NCBI GenBank assembly: GCA_026914245.1
Contig: CP110439.1
Coordinates: 1,302,001 to 1,366,000 of the forward strand
Direction of reading: 5' to 3'
DNA length: 64,000 nt
DNA from: Puccinia triticina
Lineage: Eukaryota
The position numbers were made by a program, and so were the translations under genes. This document shows positions 26,883 to 38,308 of this stretch, one piece after another (the stretch's first letter is position 1; each line of letters begins with the position of its first letter). The notes beneath the pieces are model-generated. The model was not told the DNA's origin. It saw nothing but the letters and a program-made list of their open reading frames with translations, and searched no databases.

Positions 26883-27817
26883 TGTGGTGGCCCCTCTCGT
26901 GGCCAGCTAGTCAGGAGCAACACCGCCGCTAGCAAGATCATCAAGGTCCTTCTCTCATCAGGATTTCACCTCAAGATCCTCAAGCCCTCAAGGATTCACA
27001 CCTCCCCATTTTTCCCCCCCCTTCTTCCTTCTTCCTCCTTTCCACCTCTCCATTTCCTCTTTCTTTCTCATTCCCCCTTCTCCTTCATCCTCAAAATCCC
27101 CCCCTTTTCTTTTCAGTTTCCATCCCTGTCTCATCTTTCTTGGTCCTAACACAGCATCTGCTGTGGGTTTATTCCTTGTTTTTGTTTTCTGGCTCCTTCT
27201 CTTCTGTTTGGTTTTTTTGTCTGTCTTGAGTGTTTCTTTCTCCTCTGTTCTCCTTCCCTTTCTTTTCTCTGTGTCTTCTCCTTCTGTCTCATCTCATTGT
27301 GATTTCCTCATTTCTTTGTGTTGTGTTTTCTTTTCTCCTTCTTCTGTTGTCTGTTGTGTGTGTGCGCGTGTAGCGCGCGGAGGATATGATGAAATACATG
27401 TGACATGTGGCTCTCCCGGAGTCCAGGTTCGCCGAACTTGGATGATGGGAGAGGCATGGCATTCTGATCCCGAGAATACGTACCATCACAGAGCTTATAG
27501 ATCCTATCTTCAGAGTTTCAACTTACGGGCTCCGCCCGCCGATCATCCTTCATCAGAGTTTTCCGGATCTTTTTCCTTCCTCTTCCTTAAGATCACATCT
27601 CCCTTCCCCTCAAACAAAACAACCGCCGCCGAGGATCCAAAACCCCGGCAAACTTCTCAAAACCACCCCCCCCCCCCCCCCCCCAAACCACAAAGCTATC
27701 CCAGATCCCCCCCATTTTCAGCGCTCAACCTTCACGGACCACTCACCCAGAGGGCAGCCTAAACAGCATCCATCCCCTCACCCGACTGCCTCCGCTTGTA
27801 CGGACAGGAGTCCCACA
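26883..27817 (+). repeat. 5' LTR of gypsy 1 (935 bp)
   Basis: Near-identical to 34779-35709; differences seen are poly-C length (19 vs 15) and one substitution. Confidence 0.95.
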
Positions 27818-27819
27818 TT

Positions 27820-27839
27820 TGGTCCCCCGAGCCGGGATC
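27820..27839 (+). promoter_or_regulatory. Primer-binding site, probably tRNA-Tyr
   Basis: TGGTCCCCCGAGCCGGGATC 2 nt after the LTR; its complement GAUCCCGGCUCGGGGGA-CCA resembles a eukaryotic tRNA-Tyr 3' end. Confidence 0.7.
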
Positions 27840-28263
27840 AAACCAGCGACCTCAAGATTTACAGTCTTGGACTGTGTTTTGAGGCTGTTTGGCGGTTATA
27901 TTTCTTTTCTCTTTCTTTTCTTCATATTATCATCCATCTAGAAGTTCCAATAATAGCTGCTGAACTTATCTGGTTCCTCTCTCCCCTCAATTTGCAAGTT
28001 TCGACTGCTTTCATCTCTGGCCGCTCTTCAAGCCGGACTGGTCCTTGTTTCATCGGATCAAGCCGTTTAGGATCGTTCGAATCTCTCTCCTTTTTCTGTT
28101 TTCCTTCCTAGGGTTCAGCGGCGGGGCACTTGGGTTGTAGAAGTAAGTCCCCACCACATTAGTGCACCTCCGAAGTTCTACCTTCTCTCGTCGAAAAACA
28201 ACATCGCCACTCTGTGAGCCGCCTCCACACCGTTTGCAATCTTTCCCTTAGTTCTTGTGCGAC

Positions 28264-30435
28264 ATGGCCGACGTGTCTGGAGGCGTGAGACCCGGAAAGA
28301 TGAAGAAGATCAAGCCCCAAGACGGGCTTAAGTTCGATGGGTCCAACATCGAGCGATTTCTAGCCGACTACGAACTGGCGGCAGAGCTGGACGACGCCTC
28401 GGATTATGACAAGGCTCGTCAAGTTGTCCGTTTCGTCGAGAATGGCGAAATCCGCGACATCCTCGAGACGTTGGAGGGAAACACCCCGCCGGAGTGGCCG
28501 AAGCTGAAGGCGGCTATGCTGAGCTATTGGTCAGACGTCGACACCGCGCAGTTCACGGAGAGGGATATCGTTAGTCTGGTAGAGAAGTGGACTCAGAAAG
28601 GCGGAGTTTCTTCGGTCTCCGACTACCACCACTTCCGCAAAGCCTGGGACCCAATCCAGGCTTATCTTGTCGCTAAGGAGCATGTTGAGTCGGAGGAGGA
28701 GTTGAAAAAGCAGTTTTACCAGGCTTTCTCCTCTGGCTTCCAAGGTCGGATTCGTGATCAACTGATCAAGGACGATACCCTCGTGATGACAGCCGACAAT
28801 CGAGCCCGGTTGCCAACTTTCAAGATCCTTCGTAGCGCTGTAGACACGGTTATGAAGAGCCAGGTTTCCCTATCTTTTGAAGACACTCGTTCCTCCGCGC
28901 CCGTAGCGTCGCCTTTCCAGGAAGCGAATGAGACTATGAAGAAGATGCACGCCGATCAGCGGCCTCCGGCAGCACCCGCAGCTCCTAAAGACGACCCCTC
29001 CATGGAAGAGCTCACTAGGATGTTCAAGGCGTTCGAGCACTTCATGAAGCAAGGCGGCGGGAAAGGCGGGCCGTCGACGGAGAGGGGCCCAATGATCTGC
29101 TATTATTGTCACCAAGAAAATCACGGGACGATGCGCTGTGCCGAGCTTCAGAAGGACAAGGAGGCCGGTCTGGTGGAACAGAGGGGCAACAACTACTTTC
29201 TGCCCAACGGTGCCCTCATTCCGTTTGACCGCAGCCGCCCGATTCGCCATGTAGTAGACTCTTTTCAACCCGGTCAACCTTCGAATTCAAGGGCGCAGTC
29301 TCCTGGACCTCGACCATCCGCTCAGTCAGCCTCGGTGGAGTTCAAGGCGAGCTGCGGGTCCTTAGAGCAATGGTACCCTCCTGCCATCTCATCCCAGTCG
29401 TTCGCGGGGTCTTATGAGGCGGATCCGGCGGGAAGGAAGTGGCACGAGGAAGCCAAGCCTTATAAGGCTCCCTTGGCTCCCTCTTCTCAGTGAAAGAGGC
29501 CACTTCGTAAGCCTGACGCGACTCCGAGCGGCCCTTCTAACGTTGAACCAGTCGAGGAGACCGAATTGTTTGACCGCATCATGAACGATCCCGAGCCCCG
29601 GCAGCAAGCGCCGCCCAAGGAAGCCCCATCCCGACCAGTCACCCCTTCAAAGATCCCGGGAACTCAGCCCAAGGTTAGATTCGAGCGCGACGTCTCTCGG
29701 GATCATCCAGATGCCGTTGAAGGGTTCGTGAAGAAGATTTTCGACCTACCGATTTCGACTACGGTCGCCGAGATCTGTTCTGTGTCCCCGGCCGTGTCGG
29801 ATGGAGTCAAGAAATGGGTTTCGCGATAACGCGTGGAGGTGGGACCTGAGGATCTTAAGGTGCATTCAGGGACCTTAGCCGAAGGAGCGGAGTTTAGGGA
29901 ATCTGTCCCTGATCCATGCCTGTATTCGTGTCCTTTGGGATACTTGGCGTGTCTCGTCGGCTCAGAAGAGAGCTCAGCTTCGCCCCTAATCGACTCCGGT
30001 TCGCAATTAAACATTATTTCCGACTCTATGGCCAACAAGTTCAACTTGACACCACGAGTAAACTTCAGCTCGGCGGTCTACGGTATCAACAACCAAGCCT
30101 GCAAATTGATTGGGGTGGCTGAAGACGTTCCGATCCGCGTAGGCCGTAGCATTGTGGGCACCTGTCATTTCTGGATAACACGAGCGGATGGGCCTTTTAT
30201 CTTAGGGAGGCCGTTTTTGATCGATTTCGAAGCGACTCTGCTATTCTCCCCCACAGCAGGTGAACGGATCATTCTCCCCGACTCTGAGGGTCGGAACATT
30301 GAGGTTTCCCTCTGCCCGGTGGAAAAAGGGAGGTGGGAGCGGGAATTCCCAGCGCACGGTAGGAAGGCAGTGCTCACTCACTGCGGTCGTATCATGGAGC
30401 TGCCCGAAGGGACCGATCATCCGTCTTTTTTATGA
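28264..30435 (+). pseudogene. Gag-protease ORF of gypsy 1, with two in-frame stops
   Basis: Zinc knuckle CYYCHQENHGTMRC, protease LIDSGSQLNII..ILGRPFL; same frame across TGA 29491 and TAA 29827. Confidence 0.9.
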
Positions 30436-33400
30436 GAGGAGTTGGTTTACAATCCGGCAGTCTTAGTTCAGGGCCTCGCGCACTGTCTGGTCAACCAACT
30501 CGGTTCTCAGAGGTTCATAATAATAATTTTTCTTCCTCACTTTCTCAATCTCATCTATCTCCCGACCTCCGCAACAATATCAAAACTCAAAAACATTCGC
30601 AAAATCAAAAATCCCTCAAAAACACGCAAGTTTCCGGTTTCCAGTCTCCATTTCCTCTCTTCGCTAGATTTTTCTCGTCAGCCGATCCTATCAAGGGGTT
30701 TCGACGGGCCCGCCTTTCCGGTGCGAGTACCGCAACCCATCAAGAACCTTCTACCCAGATTCCGCGTCCGAGCGCGCAGTCGTTTCTGGACTCTGTTGAC
30801 GACGCCAGTAAGCCCTGTCATCAAGATGCGCAGCAGGCAGGTTGCTCGTCCGTTTCTTCGGTGTTGGAGGCTCCGTTGGATGAGGAGGATAAGGTTGTGC
30901 CGTGGAGGGATTGGAGACCTAAAGTAAGTTCTCTCCGATTATGCACCTCCGGGCGTGATGCTCCCAATTCTCTCGAAACTCTACCTCGTGCCACATACGT
31001 GAGCGACTCGCCGGATCCTCGTTTGCCTTTCAGTCCAGGCAAATCCCTACCTTTCTCGTCTCGTCTCCGCAACGAGACTAAACTACCGTTCGAATCCCGT
31101 CTCCGCGAAGAGCATAAACTACTCATCCTCCGTGAAGAGGCTAAACTATTTACGTCTAATGACGGCCTCCGCAATGAGGGTAAACTTCCGAGCCTCCGCA
31201 ATGAGGAAAAACTAAAGACCCTCCGAAATGAGGTGAAACTACCTTTCCAACTAGCTCAACTTTGGATACAGGCGGAAGGAGGCGCGGTGGGTTTTGGTAT
31301 TTTGTCAGAGGATTGGAGACTTAAAGTAAGTTCTCTCCAATGTGCACCTCCGAGGGTAGATACTCCCCATTCTGTCAAAACCCTACGACCTGCCACGCTC
31401 GTGAGCCGCCTCCTGCCTTTTGGTTTCTCCTATGCAGACAAGGCACCATTCGAGGACTTTTCGGAATCAAGGACGTGGAGCTTGCTCCAGTGCGGTCTCA
31501 GCGGTCGGACCCAAGCAGCGCTCGTGGACGCTTGGAAAGTGGGCGAATATGTGTCCTTCGCGTTGAAATACAAGCCGGTTTCTCGCAAGGTCAAGCCTGT
31601 CAATCTGCCGATGCCGCAGGGTCTCAATTCCCCTCTCCGGCGCCCTCCTTTATCTCGGGATCCGTATCAGGGTCTTTCTCGCTCGCTGACGGGCCCATTT
31701 GCGCCAAGGGGGCGCGTCACAGAGGAGCGTTTGTCTGTGGTGAATTTCGGTCCCAAGGGCTGGCTTTGGCCGGACGAACTCAACCTCATCAAGAACGTCC
31801 TTTCCCAGCGGAACAGGGCCATTGCTTTCGACGAATCTGAGCGGGGTCTGTTGAAAGACTCCTACGGCCTACCATACATAATCCCGGTAATCGAGCACGA
31901 GCCCTGGCAACAGAAAAAGATTCCTATCCCCGCCGCCAAGATGGACGAATATACTCGGATCCTGAGGGAGCGTTTTCGTAATGGGCTTTACGAGCAGTCG
32001 ACTTCCTCGTACACGAGCCCGGTGTTTTGTGTCCTCAAGAGTAACGGAAAACTGCGTGTGGTACACGACTTACAGCGGCTCAATAAGATCACGGTCAAAG
32101 ACGCTGGAATTCCGCCAGCGACGGAGGACTTCATGGAGTCCTTTTCAGGGCGGGCCTGTTATGGGCTCGGAGACATCTTGGGCGGATACGACAAGCGCGC
32201 GCTTGACCCAATTTCTCGACCTCTGACAACCTTTGACACTCCACTTGGCCGCTTTCAGCTCACTCGTCTTCCGCAGGGGGCCACCAATTCTGTGGCCGTC
32301 TACCAGGCCCAGATGATGTGGGTACTGCAGGACGAGATCCCCGAGCATGCGGGAGTTTTCATTGACGATGGGGGAATTAAGGGCCCCTCCTCAGATTACA
32401 ACAACGTGGTTTTGGACTGGCATCCCGGAGTCAGACGTTTCATCTGGGAGTACGCCGAGACGCTGGAGCGCGTGCTCTTCAGAATTGAGGAAGCCGGACT
32501 GACCGTGTCAGCGGCCAAACTGGCTGCCTGTGTTCCCGCCCTCGAGATCGTGGGCCACGTAGTTTGCAAGGAAGGTCGGAGGATGGCTAAGGGCAAGGTC
32601 AACAAAGTCCTGTCGTGGCCGACCCCGGCGAACTCGATGGAGCTTAGAGGATTCCTAGGTGTGGTAGTGTACGTGCGCATCTTCATTCCCGCGCTCTCCC
32701 AGATCTGTCTCCCGCTTCGCCGGCTGACACGCAAGGACATTGAATTCATTTGGTCGTCCGACTGCGAGGAGGCGTTCAACGAGTTGAAGAATCTGGTTGG
32801 GAGAGACATCATGCTTGTGAAAATCGATTATGGGCCTGCGGCGGGTCTCCTCAAGCTTGCGGTGGACTCCAGCTTTCATGCGGTTGGGGCCGTTCTCACC
32901 CAGGCTGATGGCGAGGGCAGGGACCGTCCAGCGCTGTACGAGTCTCTGCTGTTTTCCGAGGTGGAGTCGCGATACTCGCAGCCCAAACTGGAACTGTGCG
33001 GCGTGGCGAGAATCCTGAAGAAGCTGCAGACCACTCTTTGGGGACAGCATTTTCAGCTACAGGTCAACGCTCAACTGTTAATTCAGATGATCCATTCCCC
33101 CAGCCTGCCCAACGCGCCGATGACGCGGTGGGTCTCCTTCATTCACCTATTCTCCTTCGACATCGTTCATTGCCCGGGAAAAACGTTCACCATGCCTGAT
33201 GGGCTGTCTCGCCGCCCGCGAGGCGACGAAGAGTCGGATCCTCCCTCGTCGGACTTCGACGAGGATGCGCCAAGCATCCGGCCTGTGCATTCTTACTCAG
33301 CGGGTGCGGATGCGCCTTATCAGGGATTTCAGGAAGGCTTTTGGCGCCAACTTGAACTCTATCTGACCACGCTGACTCGACCGCCTGGCCTGGACGCGAA

Positions 33401-34595
33401 GGAGTTCCGAGCCCTCAAGCGGAAGGCGTCAGATTTCTTCGTTCAGTCCGACCGTTTGCTCAAGAGAGGCTCCCCTCTCCCTCGCGTCGTGGTCACGATA
33501 CCCGCTAAACAGGAGAAGATTCTTGAAGAGCTCCACGAAAACCTTGGTCATCGGGGTGTTGCCGAGACGTATCGTCAGATCGCGGATCGTTTCTGGTGGC
33601 CTTCTCTGAAGCAGGCCGTTGTCCGGTGGTGTCAGAGCTGCGAGGCTTGTCAAAAGAGGGACTCAAGGCGACCCCTGGAGCCGCGTTATCCTACCGGAGA
33701 AGAAACCGTTTTTGGGCGGGTGTCAATGGACGCAGTTCACATTAAAGCCGGAGGCGCCAAGTACCTAATTGTCGCTCGGGACGATTTTTCCGGGTGGGCC
33801 GAAGCTAAGTTCTTGAACAATCTTACCTCTGAAGCGGTTGCAGCCTTCCTTCAAGAAAACTGGACTATGCGCTACGGGTTAGCGCGCTCTTACTCGACGG
33901 ATGGTGGCTCCGAATTTGGCGGGGCTCTAGCGGATATGTTGCAAGCGTTGCCGGGTCAGCATCAAGTTTCTACTCCCTACTACCCTGAGGGACAGGGTAT
34001 GGTCGAGCGAGGACACGGCCCTCTTAAAGCCGCGTTAGTCAAGTTAGCGGGCGAGTCAGGCAAGAACTGCCGCAAATTCCTGCCACTCGTCCTGTTTGCT
34101 GATTGGATCTCGACAAAGCGCACAACGGGCTATTCTCCGTACGAGTTAGTCTTTGGGCAGCGCGCGGCCCTGCCTATCGATTTGGACATCGAATCCTACC
34201 TAGGCGTCGACTGGGAAGAAGTCCGCGACACGACAGATCTCTTGGTGGCGCGGTCCAAGCAGCTTGAGAGGAGCAAAGATTCTCGGCGTCTTGCGTACAA
34301 AAGAATGATGAATTCACGTGAGGCGTCCCTCCGTTATTGGCAAGAGAAGAACCCCGGGAAGTTTCGGCATCCACTCGAGTCTGGCGACCTCGTCCTTGCT
34401 TACAACCGATTGCTAGAAGTGCAATGGGGACAGCTTTTCGCCCACAAGTGGAACGGCCCCTACCGTATTGTCAAGCAGGTTCACGGGGGCTCTTACGTCC
34501 TCGCCGAGCTTGACGGGACGGAGCTCAAACGCCGTTTCGCGGCGGATCAGGTCAAGCGGTACTTTCCGCGTGGGGGCATTACTGACCAGAAGTAA
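30432..34595 (+). CDS. Pol (spacer-RT-RNase H-integrase) of gypsy 1, in the -1 frame relative to gag-PR
   Basis: 1387-aa ORF; LPQG, FIDDGG, AVDSS..ELCGV, HENLGHRG..CQSCEAC, DAVH/DGGSEF/MVERGH, GPY; no chromodomain seen. Confidence 0.93.
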   Translation: MRGVGLQSGSLSSGPRALSGQPTRFSEVHNNNFSSSLSQSHLSPDLRNNIKTQKHSQNQKSLKNTQVSGFQSPFPLFARFFSSADPIKGFRRARLSGASTATHQEPSTQIPRPSAQSFLDSVDDASKPCHQDAQQAGCSSVSSVLEAPLDEEDKVVPWRDWRPKVSSLRLCTSGRDAPNSLETLPRATYVSDSPDPRLPFSPGKSLPFSSRLRNETKLPFESRLREEHKLLILREEAKLFTSNDGLRNEGKLPSLRNEEKLKTLRNEVKLPFQLAQLWIQAEGGAVGFGILSEDWRLKVSSLQCAPPRVDTPHSVKTLRPATLVSRLLPFGFSYADKAPFEDFSESRTWSLLQCGLSGRTQAALVDAWKVGEYVSFALKYKPVSRKVKPVNLPMPQGLNSPLRRPPLSRDPYQGLSRSLTGPFAPRGRVTEERLSVVNFGPKGWLWPDELNLIKNVLSQRNRAIAFDESERGLLKDSYGLPYIIPVIEHEPWQQKKIPIPAAKMDEYTRILRERFRNGLYEQSTSSYTSPVFCVLKSNGKLRVVHDLQRLNKITVKDAGIPPATEDFMESFSGRACYGLGDILGGYDKRALDPISRPLTTFDTPLGRFQLTRLPQGATNSVAVYQAQMMWVLQDEIPEHAGVFIDDGGIKGPSSDYNNVVLDWHPGVRRFIWEYAETLERVLFRIEEAGLTVSAAKLAACVPALEIVGHVVCKEGRRMAKGKVNKVLSWPTPANSMELRGFLGVVVYVRIFIPALSQICLPLRRLTRKDIEFIWSSDCEEAFNELKNLVGRDIMLVKIDYGPAAGLLKLAVDSSFHAVGAVLTQADGEGRDRPALYESLLFSEVESRYSQPKLELCGVARILKKLQTTLWGQHFQLQVNAQLLIQMIHSPSLPNAPMTRWVSFIHLFSFDIVHCPGKTFTMPDGLSRRPRGDEESDPPSSDFDEDAPSIRPVHSYSAGADAPYQGFQEGFWRQLELYLTTLTRPPGLDAKEFRALKRKASDFFVQSDRLLKRGSPLPRVVVTIPAKQEKILEELHENLGHRGVAETYRQIADRFWWPSLKQAVVRWCQSCEACQKRDSRRPLEPRYPTGEETVFGRVSMDAVHIKAGGAKYLIVARDDFSGWAEAKFLNNLTSEAVAAFLQENWTMRYGLARSYSTDGGSEFGGALADMLQALPGQHQVSTPYYPEGQGMVERGHGPLKAALVKLAGESGKNCRKFLPLVLFADWISTKRTTGYSPYELVFGQRAALPIDLDIESYLGVDWEEVRDTTDLLVARSKQLERSKDSRRLAYKRMMNSREASLRYWQEKNPGKFRHPLESGDLVLAYNRLLEVQWGQLFAHKWNGPYRIVKQVHGGSYVLAELDGTELKRRFAADQVKRYFPRGGITDQK

Positions 34596-34778
34596 GTCCC
34601 CCTCCTTAGTATGCACCTCGGGCTCTACTGCCATCATAGTCGTAAGCTCTACTCCAGCCACTGTCGTGAGCCGCCCGCGGGACCCCCTCCTCTTTCCGTT
34701 TTCTTTAGGTTTTCCCTCTCTTTCTTGGCCGCGCGCCCGTCGAAGGAGTCTGGGGACAGACTCCAAATGGTGGGTGGA

Positions 34779-35709
34779 TGTGGTGGCCCCTCTCGTGGCC
34801 AGCTAGTCAGGAGCAACACCGCCGCTAGCAAGATCATCAAGGTCCTTCTCTCATCAGGATTTCACCTCAAGATCCTCAAGCCCTCAAGGATTCACACCTC
34901 CCCATTTTTCCCCCCCCTTCTTCCTTCTTCCTCCTTTCCACCTCTCCATTTCCTCTTTCTTTCTCATTCCCCCTTCTCCTTCATCCTCAAAATCCCCCCC
35001 TTTTCTTTTCAGTTTCCATCCCTGTCTCATCTTTCTTGGTCCTAACACAGCATCTGCTGTGGGTTTATTCCTTGTTTTTGTTTTCTGGCTCCTTCTCTTC
35101 TGTTTGGTTTTTTTGTCTGTCTTGAGTGTTTCTTTCTCCTCTGTTCTCCTTCCCTTTCTTTTCTCTGTGTCTTCTCCTTCTGTCTCATCTCATTGTGATT
35201 TCCTCATTTCTTTGTGTTGTGTTTTCTTTTCTCCTTCTTCTGTTGTCTGTTGTGTGTGTGCGCGTGTAGCGCGCGGAGGATATGATGAAATACATGTGAC
35301 ATGTGGCTCTCCCGGAGTCCAGGTTCGCCGAACTTGGATGATGGGAGAGGCATGGCATTCTGATCCCGAGAATACGTACCATCACAGAGCTTATAGATCC
35401 TATCTTCAGAGTTTCAACTTACGGGCTCCGCCCGCCGATCATCCTTCATCAGAGTTTTCCGGATCTTTTTCCTTCCTCTTCCTTAAGATCACATCTCCCT
35501 TCCCCTCAAACAAAACAACCGCCGCCGAGGATCCAAAACCCCGGCAAACTTCTCAAAACCACCCCCCCCCCCCCCCAAACCACAAAGCTATCCCAGATCC
35601 CCCCCATTTTCAGCGCTCAACCTTCACGGACCACTCACCCAGAGGGCAGCCTAAACAGCATCCATCCCCTCACACGACTGCCTCCGCTTGTACGGACAGG
35701 AGTCCCACA
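34779..35709 (+). repeat. 3' LTR of gypsy 1 (931 bp)
   Basis: Direct repeat of 26883-27817, preceded by purine-rich GGTGGGTGGA. Confidence 0.95.
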
Positions 35710-35848
35710 CCGTGCGGGCAGATATTGTAACGGATGTCAAAGATCAAACATCCTGGGTGTGTGATATTGTAACGCACTTCTGTTACAGTTAATGGTAACG
35801 GTAGCAAGAGAAAAACTGTTACAATATTGGTATGTTACCAATAACCCT

Positions 35849-36900
35849 TGTAAAGCTCAAAAGTGTTCCTGAGAACCTTTTGCTGAGTGCGGAAAGGGAT
35901 GAATGAGGTTACCTCTGCCTTTCCTGGGTCACTAGACACTAAAACAAGCCCCCCAATCTACAATTGGAAGGTTTATGTAGTGATAGTGGAGGTGTATCAA
36001 AAGATAGCCTACTTTGAGCAGGTGGCTTAAGGGGTATGGAGATGTGGCTGATGTGTAAGTGTTGTAATGAGGTTGTAATTGATGTGTAAGGGTGTAAAGC
36101 CACAATATAGAGTGGGGCTAATACTGTAGAGTGAGCAAGTATTGTACTGTTATGGGGTAAGCTGAGTGCAAGTAGTTTGCTGAGAGAAATTACAACTGGG
36201 GGGAGGAGAGCCTCCTTAAATAGAAAAGAGTGAGATATTTTAGCTCCAGGGGAACAAGAGAATGAGGGGTTTTAGCTGCCCTGAAAGCTACAATGAGGTA
36301 TTTTGGCTGGTGATTGACAGGTCACATGAGGTCATGATGTCATATGTCAAGGGAATTTAGCTAGTGAGAAATAGGAGGTGAGATGTTTTAGCCGGCCTGG
36401 CATGTCAAATGATGTCATCTGCAAGCTGAATGAGGGGTTTTTGCTATCTTGACACCTTCATGATGTCATCTGTCAACTGTCAGACTGCAGCCCCTATTAC
36501 ACTAGTCTGCATGCACCTGCATAAGACTGCATGACACTGCATGACATGTGCATAGCACAATGAAATGAGTGCAGCTGATGAGGTAAAGTATATGTAGAGG
36601 GTAGACAAGCTGTCAGGGTGGTCCATGTAACGGATTACATGTCCTGGGTAAGTGTGGTTCATGTAACGGATTACATGACCTGAGTATGGTGTTTGTGTGT
36701 GTGTGAAACTGACTGATGGTGTCTTGAAGGGGTTGTAACTTGTGATCTAGAGGGGTGTAAGGTGTGTTGTCCATGGTGTCCTGTGTAGTTTTGGCCGTAG
36801 AGTCCAGTGGTGCCGCCATATTGGTTGATTTGATAGTGTCCATATGAGAAAAAAGGAAATTTTGAAATGGGCTAGATGGGTAACCATAAAGCATACCACA
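35849..36900 (-). mobile_element. Solo LTR related to the gypsy 2 LTR
   Basis: TGTAAAGCTCAAAAGTG..CCTTTTGCTGA start, TTTGGCCGTAGA internal motif, ..ATACCACA end; flanks CCCT / CCGT. Confidence 0.78.
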
Positions 36901-38308
36901 CCGTACCGTACCTACCCACCGTTGGCGTTCAGGGCACAAGTGCCTTTGTTGGCACAGTCACTGTGGAACTGTGCAAGGTGCACAGTGACTGCGCATTGAA
37001 GCTTGGGTTGATTCAAACCTTGAGTAAGGCTGGTGTAACACCACAAGCTTCCTCAGAGTTACTGCATGTCAACTGCTCACAGTTGACACAGTTTTCTTGC
37101 AGTGTACATTCCCAAGCCCCAGTCTCTACAGGGAGCGTATGAATTTACATTTAGTATGAATTTACATGGCTGTTTTAAGCACCTCTGGGTTGGCTTTTGT
37201 GATCCAGCGCTTTCAAGATGGCATTGTGAGTGAGTTAGGAAGACTTGTGACGATATTAGACTGTTAGTGCATCAAAATTAGCCAAGATGCAGGGCTTACC
37301 AATTACCCAAAAATGTTTCCAAGGATCTTTGGAGGTGATGGAGCCACAGAAACATTTGAGGTGATTGGTAATTCTAGCCATTGCTCTCAGTCCCAAATCA
37401 TGAATACTGTATCCTTGATTGGAGGCACTTTGCACCTCCAACTTTGGGACTTAGTTGATTTAAGTTAGAGTCACTTGGGAGAAAACACAGGAGGAACTTC
37501 AGTTTATAAGAGTCACTTGGGAGCAAACACAGGAGGAACTTCAGTTTGGTGGATATTCCAGTGGAGCAAGAAGAAGTGAAAAAAGCCAAAACACAAATGA
37601 TTCAAACTGCGTCAGTCTCCCTTCTGAGTTTGAAGGTAGCTGCCCCTCCAAAAGAGGGAATTTGAATTAAGTGGCATATTGTTTTGTGGAATCTGAGGAC
37701 TGCTCTGACACATTTGGCTGGTGTAATAGACAGATATTTACATGATTGTGTGATATTGAATTTATGTAATCTTGCTTCTTCTTGAATCTAGTGGTAGTGG
37801 TACTACTCAAGCATCTTGAAGCCGCCTCATCGGTGTTCCTGTAAGGATAACCATCAATGCCCCATGGTGGAACTGGCATTGATGGATGCTGTTTGGATGC
37901 TTAACTATGCAGTTTTGCACTCATAGCTGCCAATTAGGGCAGCTTGTTGTTTTGAAATGTATGATGTGCTTGGGTGTGGTTACTCCCAAGGGTGGGGTGA
38001 TGTCAGCCTTATAGATACATCAAGTATCCAAAAGACTGCAATAAAATTTTAAATAATAATAATTAGTGAATTATTATTGTAGAATCAGATTCCTCATCAT
38101 AAATTAAGGGGGGTCACCCACTTAAATTAACCCTCTATCTCTACTCCTTCATGTACATATTGTATAAATAAGAATTGGCCACAAAATGCACCCAAAAAAG
38201 GATTTCATACAAAAAATTAGTAAAATGAATAAAGTACATAAATTTGAATAACATTACTGAAAAGAGCTATGTTTCTCGTGTAAAATAACCTGTGAAACCA
38301 TTTTTTAG

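Larger units (their letters stand above)
26883..35709 (+). mobile_element. Full-length Ty3/gypsy LTR retrotransposon (gypsy 1)
   Basis: TG..CA LTRs, PBS, PPT, gag-PR then RT-RH-IN order, 4-bp TSD CCGT (26879-26882, 35710-35713). Confidence 0.96.
26628..36924. mobile_element. Short TIR element split by gypsy 1 and a solo LTR
   Basis: CAGCGGTGGGTAGTTACG at 26628 and CGTACCTACCCACCGTTG ending 36924; GTTAC/GTAAC-rich interior; no TSD seen. Confidence 0.45.

Noticed and set aside
26838..27762. Hydrophobic ORFs (also 34611-35730) that look like membrane or Env proteins
   Set aside because: They lie within the pyrimidine-rich LTRs; Phe/Leu/Ser richness follows from base composition and the frame differs between LTRs at the poly-C tract
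29491..29493. Programmed stop-codon readthrough in the gag ORFs
   Set aside because: Stops fall at different positions in the two elements and fit C>T decay of Arg/Gln codons
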